29,042 nt of DNA from Thermodesulfobacteriota bacterium (GCA_013154385.1 JAADCO010000007.1:1-29042); one strand, 5' to 3'. Positions 1 through 8,390 are shown, counted from the stretch's first letter. Numbers and translations: made by a program. Notes: a model not told the origin generated them from the sequence alone.

Positions 1-758
1 TCCTTCTCGTGATAGCCGGAACCGTTGTAGACGCCGAAGTGCCAGGACCCGAACCGCCCGGCATAGTGGTTGAAGAGGGGATAGTGGCGCGTGAGCTCCC
101 GCACGTAGTCCGCCGGCAACTGGCCGCCGAAGTAGCCCATCACCCCGACGCCCACGTCGGCGGAGTTGAAGGTCCCGGCGCGCTCGCGGGGCATGGTGCC
201 CTGACAGCGATAGGGGTTGATGTGCTCCTCGAAGTCGAGCCAGGGGAAGTGGCCCTGGCCGATCTCGGACTTCACGTTGGTGAGGAAGCCCACGTCAGGG
301 AGCTTGAGGCCGGCATAGGCGTACTTGATGCGCACGTTGAGGTCCCCGCCTGCTTCCCGGTGCACGTCCGGCGTGAGCCGGAAGGAGAGCCAGGGGTTGA
401 GCCTGGCCTTGAAGTTCAGGTAACCGCGCGTGATCTCGAAGCGGCTCTTGTCCTCCCCGCCCTCCCGGCCGGCGGAGAAGTCAACGTAGGTCAGGGTGCC
501 GAGCTTGATGTTTCTGAGCGCCCGGGGTACGGCCTCCTCCTTGGCGCGGGCCACGGCCTCGGTGACGATCTCCTTTTTCTCCTCCCGTTGCATCTTTTGT
601 TGCTCTGCGGCGAGCTCCTTGAGGACCTCCCGGGCCTCTTCCTCGGTGAGGATCCCTTTGCGCACCAGGATGCGCAGGAGGGGATGATCCACCGAGCTCG
701 CCCAGACCGCGGAGACCAAAAGGGTCCAGCACAAAAAGACGAGCAAAAGAGAACGCAT
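1..758 (-). CDS. Putative outer-membrane porin (OprO/OprP-like beta-barrel); C-terminal part runs off the left edge of the window
   Basis: Not in the ORF track; translated by hand from the ATG at 758, with AAGGAGG upstream. Sequence MRSLLLVFLCWTLLVSAVWASSVDHPLLRILVRKGILTEEEAREVLKEL...RFEITRGYLNFKARLNPWLSFRLTPDV...RIKYAYAGLKL...FGVYNGSGYHEK, open to the window edge. It shows a signal peptide, a helical/coiled N-terminus and alternating amphipathic beta-strands with aromatic residues. The subfamily is inferred. Confidence 0.75.
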   Translation of the reverse strand, partial: MRSLLLVFLCWTLLVSAVWASSVDHPLLRILVRKGILTEEEAREVLKELAAEQQKMQREEKKEIVTEAVARAKEEAVPRALRNIKLGTLTYVDFSAGREGGEDKSRFEITRGYLNFKARLNPWLSFRLTPDVHREAGGDLNVRIKYAYAGLKLPDVGFLTNVKSEIGQGHFPWLDFEEHINPYRCQGTMPRERAGTFNSADVGVGVMGYFGGQLPADYVRELTRHYPLFNHYAGRFGSWHFGVYNGSGYHEK

Positions 759-788
759 GCCTCCCTCCTTCAAGAAGGTTTTGGCGGG

Positions 789-844
789 AGGCTAGCGGGG
801 TGAGATCACAAAAGAATCGCAAGATTGTGGCAATTTCTTGACAC
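789..844 (-). promoter_or_regulatory. Pho-box-like promoter: four 7-mers at 11-bp period followed by a -10 element
   Basis: Minus strand reads GTGTCAA-gaaa-TTGCCAC-aatc-TTGCGAT-tctt-TTGTGAT (7-mers starting at 844, 833, 822, 811), then exactly 10 bp, then TAGCCT (794-789), which fits TAnnnT. It lies upstream of the porin RBS. Confidence 0.5.
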
Positions 845-845
845 G

Positions 846-870
846 AAAAAGGGCTCCCTTGCGGGAGCCC
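846..870 (-). terminator. Rho-independent terminator after pycB
   Basis: Minus strand GGGCTCCC-GCAA-GGGAGCCC-TTTTT: a perfect 8-bp GC stem, GNRA tetraloop and U-tract, 27 nt after the pycB stop. Confidence 0.9.
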
Positions 871-897
871 CTGGAAGCCCAAACCCTTGAGGCAGGG

Positions 898-2916
898 TTA
901 CTTTTCGAGGGGTTTCAGCTCGAACATGAGCTGGCCTTCTTCCACGGTGTCGTTCAGCTTCACGTGGATGGCCACGATCTGGGCGTCGAACGGGGCCACG
1001 ATGGCGTTTTCCATCTTCATGGCCTCGATGTTGGCGATCTCCTCGCCCTTGTGCACGATGTCGCCCACCTTGAGGGTGCCGCGCTGCGGGTTGCCGATGC
1101 GCCAGACGTTTCCGCTGATCGGCGCCCCGATCTGGTTGGGCCCGGAGGCCTTCTTGATCTCCTTCTTCTTGGCCCGCGGGGTCTCCACGGTGTAGACCCG
1201 CGTCTTGTTGTTCACCTTCATCACCACGTGGATGAGGCCCTCGTGCTCCGAACCCACGGAGACGAGCTCGATGGTGTAGGGCTTGCCGTCGAGGTCGAAG
1301 TCCACCTTGTCGCCGGGTTTCTTCAGACCCTCGCGCCAGACGTTGGTGGGGAGCACGAGCGGGGCCTGACCGTACTCGTCGCGGAACTTGATGTATTCCA
1401 CGGCATCCTTGGGGTGCATGAGGAAGAGGATGAACTCCTCCTCGGTGGGCTTGCGCTCGATCTGCTCTTCGAGCTCGCGGCGGAGCTTGTCGAGGTCGTC
1501 GGGTTTGACCGTCTCAAGCGGGCTCTTGTCCGTGCGTTCCTTGATCTTTTCCTTCCATTCGTCGCCAAACGCGCTCTGATAGACCCAGTCCGCCGGCCAG
1601 CCCTGGGGCAGACGGCCGTATTTCCCGAGGATGAGGTTCTTGAAGTCTCCCGGAGCCGTGCGGAAGAGCTGGAGCAACTCCTCCTGCTCCTCGGGGGTCA
1701 TCTTGTCGAAGTCCTGATCCACCTCTTCGACGAACTTGGTCAGCAGGCGGATGAGATGCTCGACCCCCTTGAGCCCCCGCTCCTTGGCGTACCTGTTGAC
1801 CATGCCCGAGCAGGTGACCCAGGTGATCTGGGAGCCGGGAGTCACGTCGAAGTACTTGACGATGCGGTTGTAGAGGGACATGACGCGCAGGATCTGCGGC
1901 ATGAGATGGAGGAACCCGCCCTTTTCCGCCTGCTCGAAGGAGCTGGGGAAGGCTCCGCCGGGCATCTTGTGCTTGGTGACGTTGTGGTCAAAGCCCTTGA
2001 AGGGGCTCTCGGCCCAGGCGTACTGGTTGATCCATTCGCGCACCTTCTGGACCGCGTCCTCGGCGGCCTGGCGATTGAGATGCACCTTGACCCCGGCCTC
2101 CTCGAGATAGGCGTGGACCGCAAGAATCGGCGGCTGACCGTAGAAGCGCGTGAGGGAATCTTCCTCCACGTCGAGGATCTTGGCCCCGGCCTGGGCCGCG
2201 GCGAGATAGGCCGGAAGCGCCAGACCGTCGGTGGTGTGGCGGTGGTAGTGGATGACGAGGTCCGGATACTTCTGCTTGATGGCGTCCACCAGCTGGGCGA
2301 TGCGCTTGGGGCTCCCCACTCCGGCCATGTCCTTGATGCAGAGGACGATCTCGTCCACACCGCCGCAGAGGTCAACGATCTCGTCCACCACGGAGAGGTA
2401 GTATTCGTCCGTGGTCCAGTCGGCCTGGGTGAAGGAGATTGCCGGCTCGAAGAGGCGCCCGCGCTTCATGACGATCTCGGCCACGGTGCGCATGTTGCGG
2501 ATGTCGTTCAAGAACGAAAAGCAACGCCAGACGTCTATGTCCACCCGGGCCACGACGTATTCGATGACGTTCTTGGGATAGGGCCGGTATCCCCAGAGGT
2601 TGGTCTCCCGGATGAGCGTCTGGAGGAGGACCGAGGGCATCTTCTCCCGCAGGATGCGGATCTCCTCGAAGGGATCCTCGCGGCGGTTCATGATGCCCAC
2701 GTGCCATCTGGCCCCGCCGTGACACTCCGAGCTGAAAAGCCCCATCTTCTCGTAGTAGGGGGCCAGCGTGGCCAGGTCGTAGATGCGATGGCGGTTCTTG
2801 TAGTCCGACTGGCCGGCATCGCGCATGCCGGTAGAGGTAAACATGACCCCGTCGAGATCGCGGAGGGTCTTGACGATCTCGCGGGGCGTCATTCCGGGTT
2901 TGACGATGTTCCACAT
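898..2916 (-). CDS. pycB: Pyruvate (2-oxoacid) carboxylase subunit B: carboxyltransferase plus biotin carrier domain
   Basis: RDAGQS (canonical RDAHQS), CIKDMAG, HxH (HRH), KMPGG, DVTPGS and C-terminal biotinylation motif EAMKM; adjacent to a biotin carboxylase. The substrate is inferred. Confidence 0.85.
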   Translation of the reverse strand: MWNIVKPGMTPREIVKTLRDLDGVMFTSTGMRDAGQSDYKNRHRIYDLATLAPYYEKMGLFSSECHGGARWHVGIMNRREDPFEEIRILREKMPSVLLQTLIRETNLWGYRPYPKNVIEYVVARVDIDVWRCFSFLNDIRNMRTVAEIVMKRGRLFEPAISFTQADWTTDEYYLSVVDEIVDLCGGVDEIVLCIKDMAGVGSPKRIAQLVDAIKQKYPDLVIHYHRHTTDGLALPAYLAAAQAGAKILDVEEDSLTRFYGQPPILAVHAYLEEAGVKVHLNRQAAEDAVQKVREWINQYAWAESPFKGFDHNVTKHKMPGGAFPSSFEQAEKGGFLHLMPQILRVMSLYNRIVKYFDVTPGSQITWVTCSGMVNRYAKERGLKGVEHLIRLLTKFVEEVDQDFDKMTPEEQEELLQLFRTAPGDFKNLILGKYGRLPQGWPADWVYQSAFGDEWKEKIKERTDKSPLETVKPDDLDKLRRELEEQIERKPTEEEFILFLMHPKDAVEYIKFRDEYGQAPLVLPTNVWREGLKKPGDKVDFDLDGKPYTIELVSVGSEHEGLIHVVMKVNNKTRVYTVETPRAKKKEIKKASGPNQIGAPISGNVWRIGNPQRGTLKVGDIVHKGEEIANIEAMKMENAIVAPFDAQIVAIHVKLNDTVEEGQLMFELKPLEK

Positions 2917-2948
2917 GGCTCACACTCCCTTTCTGATCTCGCTCCGAA

Positions 2949-4406
2949 CTACATCCAGGGCTGCGGCCCGAGGGCCGAGACCCGCGCCACGAACTTGGCG
3001 ATCTTGAGCACCTCGTCCTCGGTGCTCTTCTCCTTGAACATGGCCACCAGTTCGTTGAGATGTTCCTCGATGAAGGTGGTGGAGAAATGCCCCGCCCGGA
3101 AGGATGGATGCCGGATGATCGAGAGGAGGAGCGGAGCAATGGTCTTCACCCCTTCCACCCGAAGGTCACGCCCCAGCGCCCGATCCATGGTGCGGATGGC
3201 GGCCTCGCGGTTCTGCCCGGCGGTCATGATGAGCATGATGAGAGAGTCGTAGTAAGGCGGAATGTCGGCTCCTTCGTAAACGCCCTGAGAGATGCGCACC
3301 GCCGGCCCCTGCGGGAGCTGGAGACGGGTGATGGTGCCGAAGGAGGGATTGAAGGTGATGGGGTCTTCGGCGTTCAGCCGCACCTCAAGGGCCCAACGAT
3401 TGGCCTTGATCTCCGACTGGCGCACGGGAAGCTTCTTGCCTTCGGCCACGTCGAGCATGAGGGAGACGATGTCGAGACCGGTGATGAGCTCGGTCACGCC
3501 GTGTTCCACCTGGAGCCGCGTGTTGACCTCGAGGAAGTAGAACTTGTTGGTCGCCGAATCGAAGATGAACTCGACCGTGCCGGCGGAGGTGTAGCCGATC
3601 TCGCGCATGAGGCGCACGGCGGTGAAGCAGATCTCTTCGCGCAGGTCTTCGTCTATGGAGGGCGAAGGGGCCTCCTCGATGATCTTCTGGTTGCGCCGCT
3701 GGAGGGTGCACTCGCGCTCGAAGAGGTGGAGGACCTTGCCGTGCGTGTCCGCCACGATCTGGACCTCGATGTGGCGGCCCTTCTGGATGTACTTCTCCGC
3801 AAGGAGGGTATCGTCACCAAAGGCCTTCATGGCCTCGGACTTGGCCTGGTTGAAGGCGATGGGGAGCTGTTCTTCGCTTTCCACCTTCACCATGCCCTTT
3901 CCGCCGCCGCCGCGCGCGGCCTTGAGCATGATGGGGAAATCCACGTTCTCTTCCTTGATCCAGCGCCTGAGTTCCTCGATGTCCTTGACGTTGTCTATGC
4001 CCGGGATGGTGGGCACGTTGGCCTGACGGGCGTACTTCTTGGCCTCGACCTTGTCGCCCATGGCCCGGATGACCTTGGGCGGAGGGCCGATCCAGATGAG
4101 CCCGGCATCCTGGACCATCTCGGCGAAGTCGGCGTTCTCCGCCAGGAACCCCCATCCGGGATGGATGGCGTCGGCCCCCACCTTCAGGGCCGCCCCGATG
4201 ATCTTTTCCATGTTGAGATAGGACTCAAGCGGAGGCGGCTCCCCGATGCAGACGGCCTGGTCAGCCAGACGCACGTGGTAGGCCAGACGGTCGGCCGTGC
4301 TGTAGATGGCCGTGGTCTTGATGCGCCGATCCCGGCAGGTGTCCATGATGCGGACCGCCGGTACGCCACGGTTGGCAATGAGGACGTGGTTGATCTGTTT
4401 CTCCAT
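2949..4406 (-). CDS. pycA: Biotin carboxylase (pyruvate carboxylase subunit A / AccC-like)
   Basis: LIANRG, AIHPGWGFLAEN, KAARGGGGKGM, RHIEVQ, ERECTLQRRNQK, FLEVNTRLQVEH, YYDSLI; GAGGAG RBS. Confidence 0.92.
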   Translation of the reverse strand: MEKQINHVLIANRGVPAVRIMDTCRDRRIKTTAIYSTADRLAYHVRLADQAVCIGEPPPLESYLNMEKIIGAALKVGADAIHPGWGFLAENADFAEMVQDAGLIWIGPPPKVIRAMGDKVEAKKYARQANVPTIPGIDNVKDIEELRRWIKEENVDFPIMLKAARGGGGKGMVKVESEEQLPIAFNQAKSEAMKAFGDDTLLAEKYIQKGRHIEVQIVADTHGKVLHLFERECTLQRRNQKIIEEAPSPSIDEDLREEICFTAVRLMREIGYTSAGTVEFIFDSATNKFYFLEVNTRLQVEHGVTELITGLDIVSLMLDVAEGKKLPVRQSEIKANRWALEVRLNAEDPITFNPSFGTITRLQLPQGPAVRISQGVYEGADIPPYYDSLIMLIMTAGQNREAAIRTMDRALGRDLRVEGVKTIAPLLLSIIRHPSFRAGHFSTTFIEEHLNELVAMFKEKSTEDEVLKIAKFVARVSALGPQPWM

Positions 4407-4516
4407 GGTTCACTCCTCACCCGGTGTTGGGCAAACGAATTACTCAAAAATCGGGGATTTGGCAAATAGGCTGAGAGGGTTTGGAGGGTTAAGTGGGCTT
4501 TTTACGGGAGAAAAAA

Positions 4517-5170
4517 TCAGGAAGAGGCGCCCTCCAGAAACCTCTGCCGCGCCTGACGATACAGTTCGCGAACTTCCTCTTCGGAAAGTCCGGCGCCGCG
4601 ACCCACGCGGAAGGCAAACTCCGGGGTCATGAAGTCTCCGGGCGCGTGGCCGTCGGAGTTGATGACCAGCGGCGCTCCGAGGCGGCGGGCCAGGGCCGCC
4701 ACGTGGCCGTTGGTCAGGCTGTGCCCCTTGCGGCCGGAGAGCTCGAGGAAGACACCCCGCTCAGCGGCGAGCTTCACCTCCTCTTCGGAGATGAGGCCGG
4801 GGTGGGCCAGGATGTCCGCCCCGGCGCGGATGGCCGCCAGGTTCGTCCCCGGTTCCACGGGTTCGACCAAGGTCTCGCCGTGGACGACGACGATCTCCGC
4901 GCCCAGGGCCCGCGCCCGCGAAACCAGCTCCGGGATCATCGGGGGCGGCACGTGGGTGATCTCGATCCCGGGGATGAGTTTGGTCTCCGAGATCTGGTTC
5001 AAGGCGCGGGCCGCCGCCAGCAGGCGGGGCACGATGAGGTCAATGTTGGCGTGGTCCGCGTGGTCGGTGATGGCCACGGCTTCGTAGCCCATCACCTTCA
5101 CCCTTTGCAGGAGTTCGGCCGGGATGAGTTCTCCGTCGCTGAAGATGGAATGGCAGTGGAGATCAAACAT
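4517..5170 (-). CDS. PHP-domain phosphoesterase (histidinol-phosphatase-like family)
   Basis: DLHCHSIFSDG, ITDHAD, GIEITH, HGET, LAHP, NSDGH metal-binding motifs. Start set at ATG 5170, which overlaps the upstream TGA (TGATG). Confidence 0.85.
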   Translation of the reverse strand: MFDLHCHSIFSDGELIPAELLQRVKVMGYEAVAITDHADHANIDLIVPRLLAAARALNQISETKLIPGIEITHVPPPMIPELVSRARALGAEIVVVHGETLVEPVEPGTNLAAIRAGADILAHPGLISEEEVKLAAERGVFLELSGRKGHSLTNGHVAALARRLGAPLVINSDGHAPGDFMTPEFAFRVGRGAGLSEEEVRELYRQARQRFLEGASS

Positions 5171-5694
5171 CACATCTTGTACTTGCTGATGGCCGTGGGA
5201 TCGAGCTTCTCCAGGAGCTCCTTGAGCTTTTCCTTGTCCTGGTCCTGCTCCGCGGCTGCCTCGCCGCCTTCTTTCTCCTCGCTCTTGGCCGCTTCCTCGA
5301 GGGCCTTGCTCTTGCGGAAGACCTCTTCGTGGACCCAGATCTCGGCCCCGGTGCGGAGAGCCAGGGCAACGGCGTCGCTCGGACGGGCGTCTATCTGGAC
5401 CTCCCGTCCGTCTATGTCCAGGGTGATCAGGGCGTAGTAGGTGTTGTCCCTGAGATCGCAGACCTCGATCCGCGGGATCTTGATGCCCAGGTGATCGAGG
5501 ATGTTGATCATCAGGTCGTGGGTCATGGGACGCGAAAACTGGATGTTCTCAAGTCTCGTGGCAATGGCCGTGGCCTCAAGCAGCCCGATCCAGATGGGAA
5601 GCGCTCTTTCCCCCTCTTCCTCGCGCAGGATCATCACCGGACTGTTCGAGACCGGATCCAAGGCAATCGCCTGGACCTTCATTTTTACCTTCAT
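5170..5694 (-). CDS. Bifunctional nuclease family protein (DUF151/BFN)
   Basis: LPIWIGLLEATAI, RPMTHDL, DARPSDAVALALR signatures. Start reassigned to ATG 5694 (TGATG overlap with the miaB stop, GAAGGGGG upstream). Confidence 0.88.
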   Translation of the reverse strand: MKVKMKVQAIALDPVSNSPVMILREEEGERALPIWIGLLEATAIATRLENIQFSRPMTHDLMINILDHLGIKIPRIEVCDLRDNTYYALITLDIDGREVQIDARPSDAVALALRTGAEIWVHEEVFRKSKALEEAAKSEEKEGGEAAAEQDQDKEKLKELLEKLDPTAISKYKM

Positions 5695-7037
5695 CAAGCT
5701 TCCCCCTTCGGCGGATTGACCGTCTCCAGATAGCGGCCCCTGAGGGAATGTTGGCCGCACCCTTCAATCAAAACATGAACGAGCTGGCCTTTCAAACCCG
5801 CGGGGCCTTCGAAGTTTACGACGTGGTTGGTGCGGGTGCGTCCGGTGAGCAACTCCGGATTGCCCGGACTGGGACCCTCCACCAAAACTTCCTCCACCCG
5901 CCCGATGTAAGACTCGTTGATCTCGCGGGTGATGCGGTTCTGTAGCTCGTGCACCAGCGCCAGCCTCCGGGCCTTCTCCTCCTCCGGGACCTTGTCCTCA
6001 AAGGCGGTGGACCGCGCCAGAGGACGGTCGGAGTACTTGAAGGAGAAGATCTCGTGATAGCGCACCTCCTCGAGCAGGGAGAGCGTTTGCCGGAAGTCTT
6101 CGTCGGTTTCACCGGGGAACCCGACAATGATGTCGGTGGTGAGCGCGATCTCCGGACAGATCTCCCGCAGGCGCCTCACCTTCTCGAGGTACTCCTCGCG
6201 GGTGTAGCGCCGGTTCATGCGCGCCAGCACCCGGTTGGAACCCGCTTGCACGGGCAGATGGAGATGCTCGCACACTTCCGGCACCTCGGCGAAGCAGCGC
6301 ATGAGTTCCTCGTCGAGATCCTTGGGATGGCTGGTGGTGAAACGCACGCGCCACAAGCCCGGAATCGAGGCCACCTCCCGCAGGAGGGCGGCAAAGCTCG
6401 GAAAACCCTTCTCCTTGCGTCCGTAGGAGTTGACGTTCTGGCCGAGGAGGGTGACCTCCCGCACGCCCTGGCGCACGAGGCACTCGACCTCGGCCAGGAT
6501 CTCCTCCGGCGGGCGGCTCACCTCTCGCCCGCGCGTGTGGGGCACCACGCAGTAAGCGCAGAAGTTGTCGCACCCCTGCATGATGGTCACGAAGGCCTTG
6601 ACCGGGCGATGACCGTCGAACTCCGGGAGGACCAGCGGCTGGCGAAACCCCTTCCGGAACTCCACGTCCACCACCGGCCCTTCTCCGGCCCGCACCTTGG
6701 CCAGGGCCTCGGGAAGACGATAGACCGCCTGCGGTCCGAGCACGAGATCCACGTGCGGCAGGCGCTTGAGGAGCTTCTCGCCTTCCTGCTGGGCCACGCA
6801 TCCGCACACCCCAATGACCAGCTCGGGCCGGGAACGCTTGAGATGCTTGAGCCGCCCCACCAGGCCGTAGACCTTCTCCTCGGCCTTCTGCCGCACCGAA
6901 CAGGTGTTCACCAGGATGAGGTCCGCCTCCTTGGGCTCGGCGCAGGGCACGTACTCGTCCTTCAGGAGCAACAGCATGCGCTCGGAGTCGTATTCGTTCA
7001 TCTGACAGCCGAAAGTGCGAATAAAGACCTTTTTCAT
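5694..7037 (-). CDS. miaB: tRNA-2-methylthio-N6-dimethylallyladenosine synthase (radical SAM methylthiotransferase)
   Basis: TFGCQMNEYDSE, NTCSVR and CGCVAQ (UPF0004 cysteines), radical SAM CDNFCAYC, GQNVNSY, TDIIVGFPGET and a C-terminal TRAM domain. Confidence 0.95.
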   Translation of the reverse strand: MKKVFIRTFGCQMNEYDSERMLLLLKDEYVPCAEPKEADLILVNTCSVRQKAEEKVYGLVGRLKHLKRSRPELVIGVCGCVAQQEGEKLLKRLPHVDLVLGPQAVYRLPEALAKVRAGEGPVVDVEFRKGFRQPLVLPEFDGHRPVKAFVTIMQGCDNFCAYCVVPHTRGREVSRPPEEILAEVECLVRQGVREVTLLGQNVNSYGRKEKGFPSFAALLREVASIPGLWRVRFTTSHPKDLDEELMRCFAEVPEVCEHLHLPVQAGSNRVLARMNRRYTREEYLEKVRRLREICPEIALTTDIIVGFPGETDEDFRQTLSLLEEVRYHEIFSFKYSDRPLARSTAFEDKVPEEEKARRLALVHELQNRITREINESYIGRVEEVLVEGPSPGNPELLTGRTRTNHVVNFEGPAGLKGQLVHVLIEGCGQHSLRGRYLETVNPPKGEA

Positions 7038-7122
7038 GTCCTTTCCGGTTTTCAGCCAAAATATGGCGCCTTGGTCTCCTCCAAATTTTAATCATTTCCC
7101 GCACTTTCTTCAGCCCTGCTGA

Positions 7123-7151
7123 TTGACGCCCGGCAAAGGGCCTTCTAATTT
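7123..7151 (+). promoter_or_regulatory. Sigma70-type promoter, probably giving a leaderless transcript
   Basis: TTGACG (7123-7128), 17 bp, TAATTT (7146-7151); the ATG at 7159 is only 7 nt downstream. Confidence 0.55.
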
Positions 7152-7158
7152 GGGAGGC

Positions 7159-7881
7159 ATGTTAATCACCGATCTCAACATGGAAGAATTCGAAGAAGGC
7201 CTCAAGAAGACCCGCACCATCGTGCTACCCTTCGGGTCCGTGGAGGAGCACGGGCGGCACCTCCCTCTGGGCACGGACACGCTCCAGATGTACGAGATCG
7301 CCAAGCTCGCCGCGCAGCGGCGGCCCCTTTTCGTGGCGCCGCCGGTCTTCTACGGGCTTTGCCGAAGCACCCGCGAGCATCCGGGCACCGTGAGCATCCG
7401 CGGCCAAACCCTCCGCGCCCTGCTCCTTGACCTGCTCGAATCCTACCATCGCCAGGGCCTCAGGAACTTCCTGGTCCTTTCCGGGCACGCCGGAGGCACG
7501 CACATTGCATACCTCATAGACGCAGCCGAGGAATTCCTGGAAAGGGTGGAAGGAGTGAAGATCGCCGTGGCTTCGATCCTCGATCTCCTGCGGGAAGGAG
7601 CGCTCGACCTCCTCGAGACGCCGCGGGATTCGCACGCCGGTGAGTTCGAGACCTCGCTCATGCTCCACTTCTTCCCGGACCTGGTAAAGGGCACGAGCCC
7701 CGAGGAATACCCGGCCTTTCCCAAGCCCATCCTGGTACGCCACAAGCGGCGTTTCTGGCCCGGTGGGGTCTGGGGAGACCCTTCCAAGGCCTCGGCGGAG
7801 AAGGGTAAAATGTTCGCCGAACGCCTGGCCAAGGTCATCTGCGGCCTAGCCACCAAAATCGAAAGCATGGAGGAGATTTGA
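7159..7881 (+). CDS. Creatininase/amidohydrolase family protein
   Basis: PFGSVEEHGRHLPLGTD, SGHAGG, DSHAGEFETS, GVWGDP. Start set at ATG 7159; the track's TTG 7123 coincides with the -35 box. Confidence 0.85.
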   Translation: MLITDLNMEEFEEGLKKTRTIVLPFGSVEEHGRHLPLGTDTLQMYEIAKLAAQRRPLFVAPPVFYGLCRSTREHPGTVSIRGQTLRALLLDLLESYHRQGLRNFLVLSGHAGGTHIAYLIDAAEEFLERVEGVKIAVASILDLLREGALDLLETPRDSHAGEFETSLMLHFFPDLVKGTSPEEYPAFPKPILVRHKRRFWPGGVWGDPSKASAEKGKMFAERLAKVICGLATKIESMEEI

Positions 7882-8390
7882 TGCGCAAGATAACCATCGG
7901 CGCCGTTCTCATCGTCGTCCTTTGGCTGAGCCTGGGTTCCCTTGCTTCTGCCAACACCATCCCCTGGGACCTCGAACTGAACCTCTTCAACCCCAGCGGG
8001 AAGAAGCTCACCTTCAAGGACTTCAAGGGCAAGATCCTCATCGTGAACTTCTTTGCCACCTACTGCCCGCCCTGCCAGGTGGAGCTCCTCGAGTTCTCCG
8101 AGCTCTACAAGGAATTCAAGCCCAAGGGCGTGGAGATCATCAGCTTCATGGTGGACGAAGGCGGGGAAAGGCTCCTGCCCCATCTCATCAGCTCGAAGGG
8201 CATCACCTACTACGTGGCCATTGCCGACGAAAAGGTGCTCTCCGCCTTTGGCTGGCCGGACCTTTTGCCCACCACCTTCCTCGTAGACCGCGAAGGGCGC
8301 ATCGTGCGCAAGTTCGTGGGCTACGTGGGCAAGAAGTTCCTTGAGGAGCAGATCTCGAGCCTCCTCAAGGAGGAGACCGCCAAGAACTAA
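7881..8390 (+). CDS. TlpA/ResA-like thiol-disulfide oxidoreductase (redoxin) with N-terminal signal/anchor
   Basis: Hydrophobic N-terminus, NFFATYCPPC (CxxC), LPTTFLVDREG cis-Pro loop; TGATG coupling to the upstream gene. Confidence 0.9.
   Translation: MRKITIGAVLIVVLWLSLGSLASANTIPWDLELNLFNPSGKKLTFKDFKGKILIVNFFATYCPPCQVELLEFSELYKEFKPKGVEIISFMVDEGGERLLPHLISSKGITYYVAIADEKVLSAFGWPDLLPTTFLVDREGRIVRKFVGYVGKKFLEEQISSLLKEETAKN

Noticed and set aside
838-4469. Long plus-strand ORFs 838..3252 (804 aa) and 3060..4469 (469 aa), and likewise 9..803
   Set aside because: They are antisense shadows of pycB, pycA and the porin. They have no recognisable motifs and the V/L/G/H/D-rich composition typical of reverse-frame reads of GC-rich genes.
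4407-4516. AT-rich 110-bp gap upstream of pycA with TTGCCA and the short palindrome ATTTG-G-CAAAT
   Set aside because: It probably holds the pyc promoter, but I found no convincing -10 at proper spacing and the palindrome is too short to assign a regulator; no RNA-gene-like structure was seen.
4505-4540. Possible terminator after the PHP gene (GAGG-GCG-CCTC ... TTTTTT on the minus strand)
   Set aside because: The stem is only 4-5 bp and is separated from the U-tract by several nucleotides; too weak to call.
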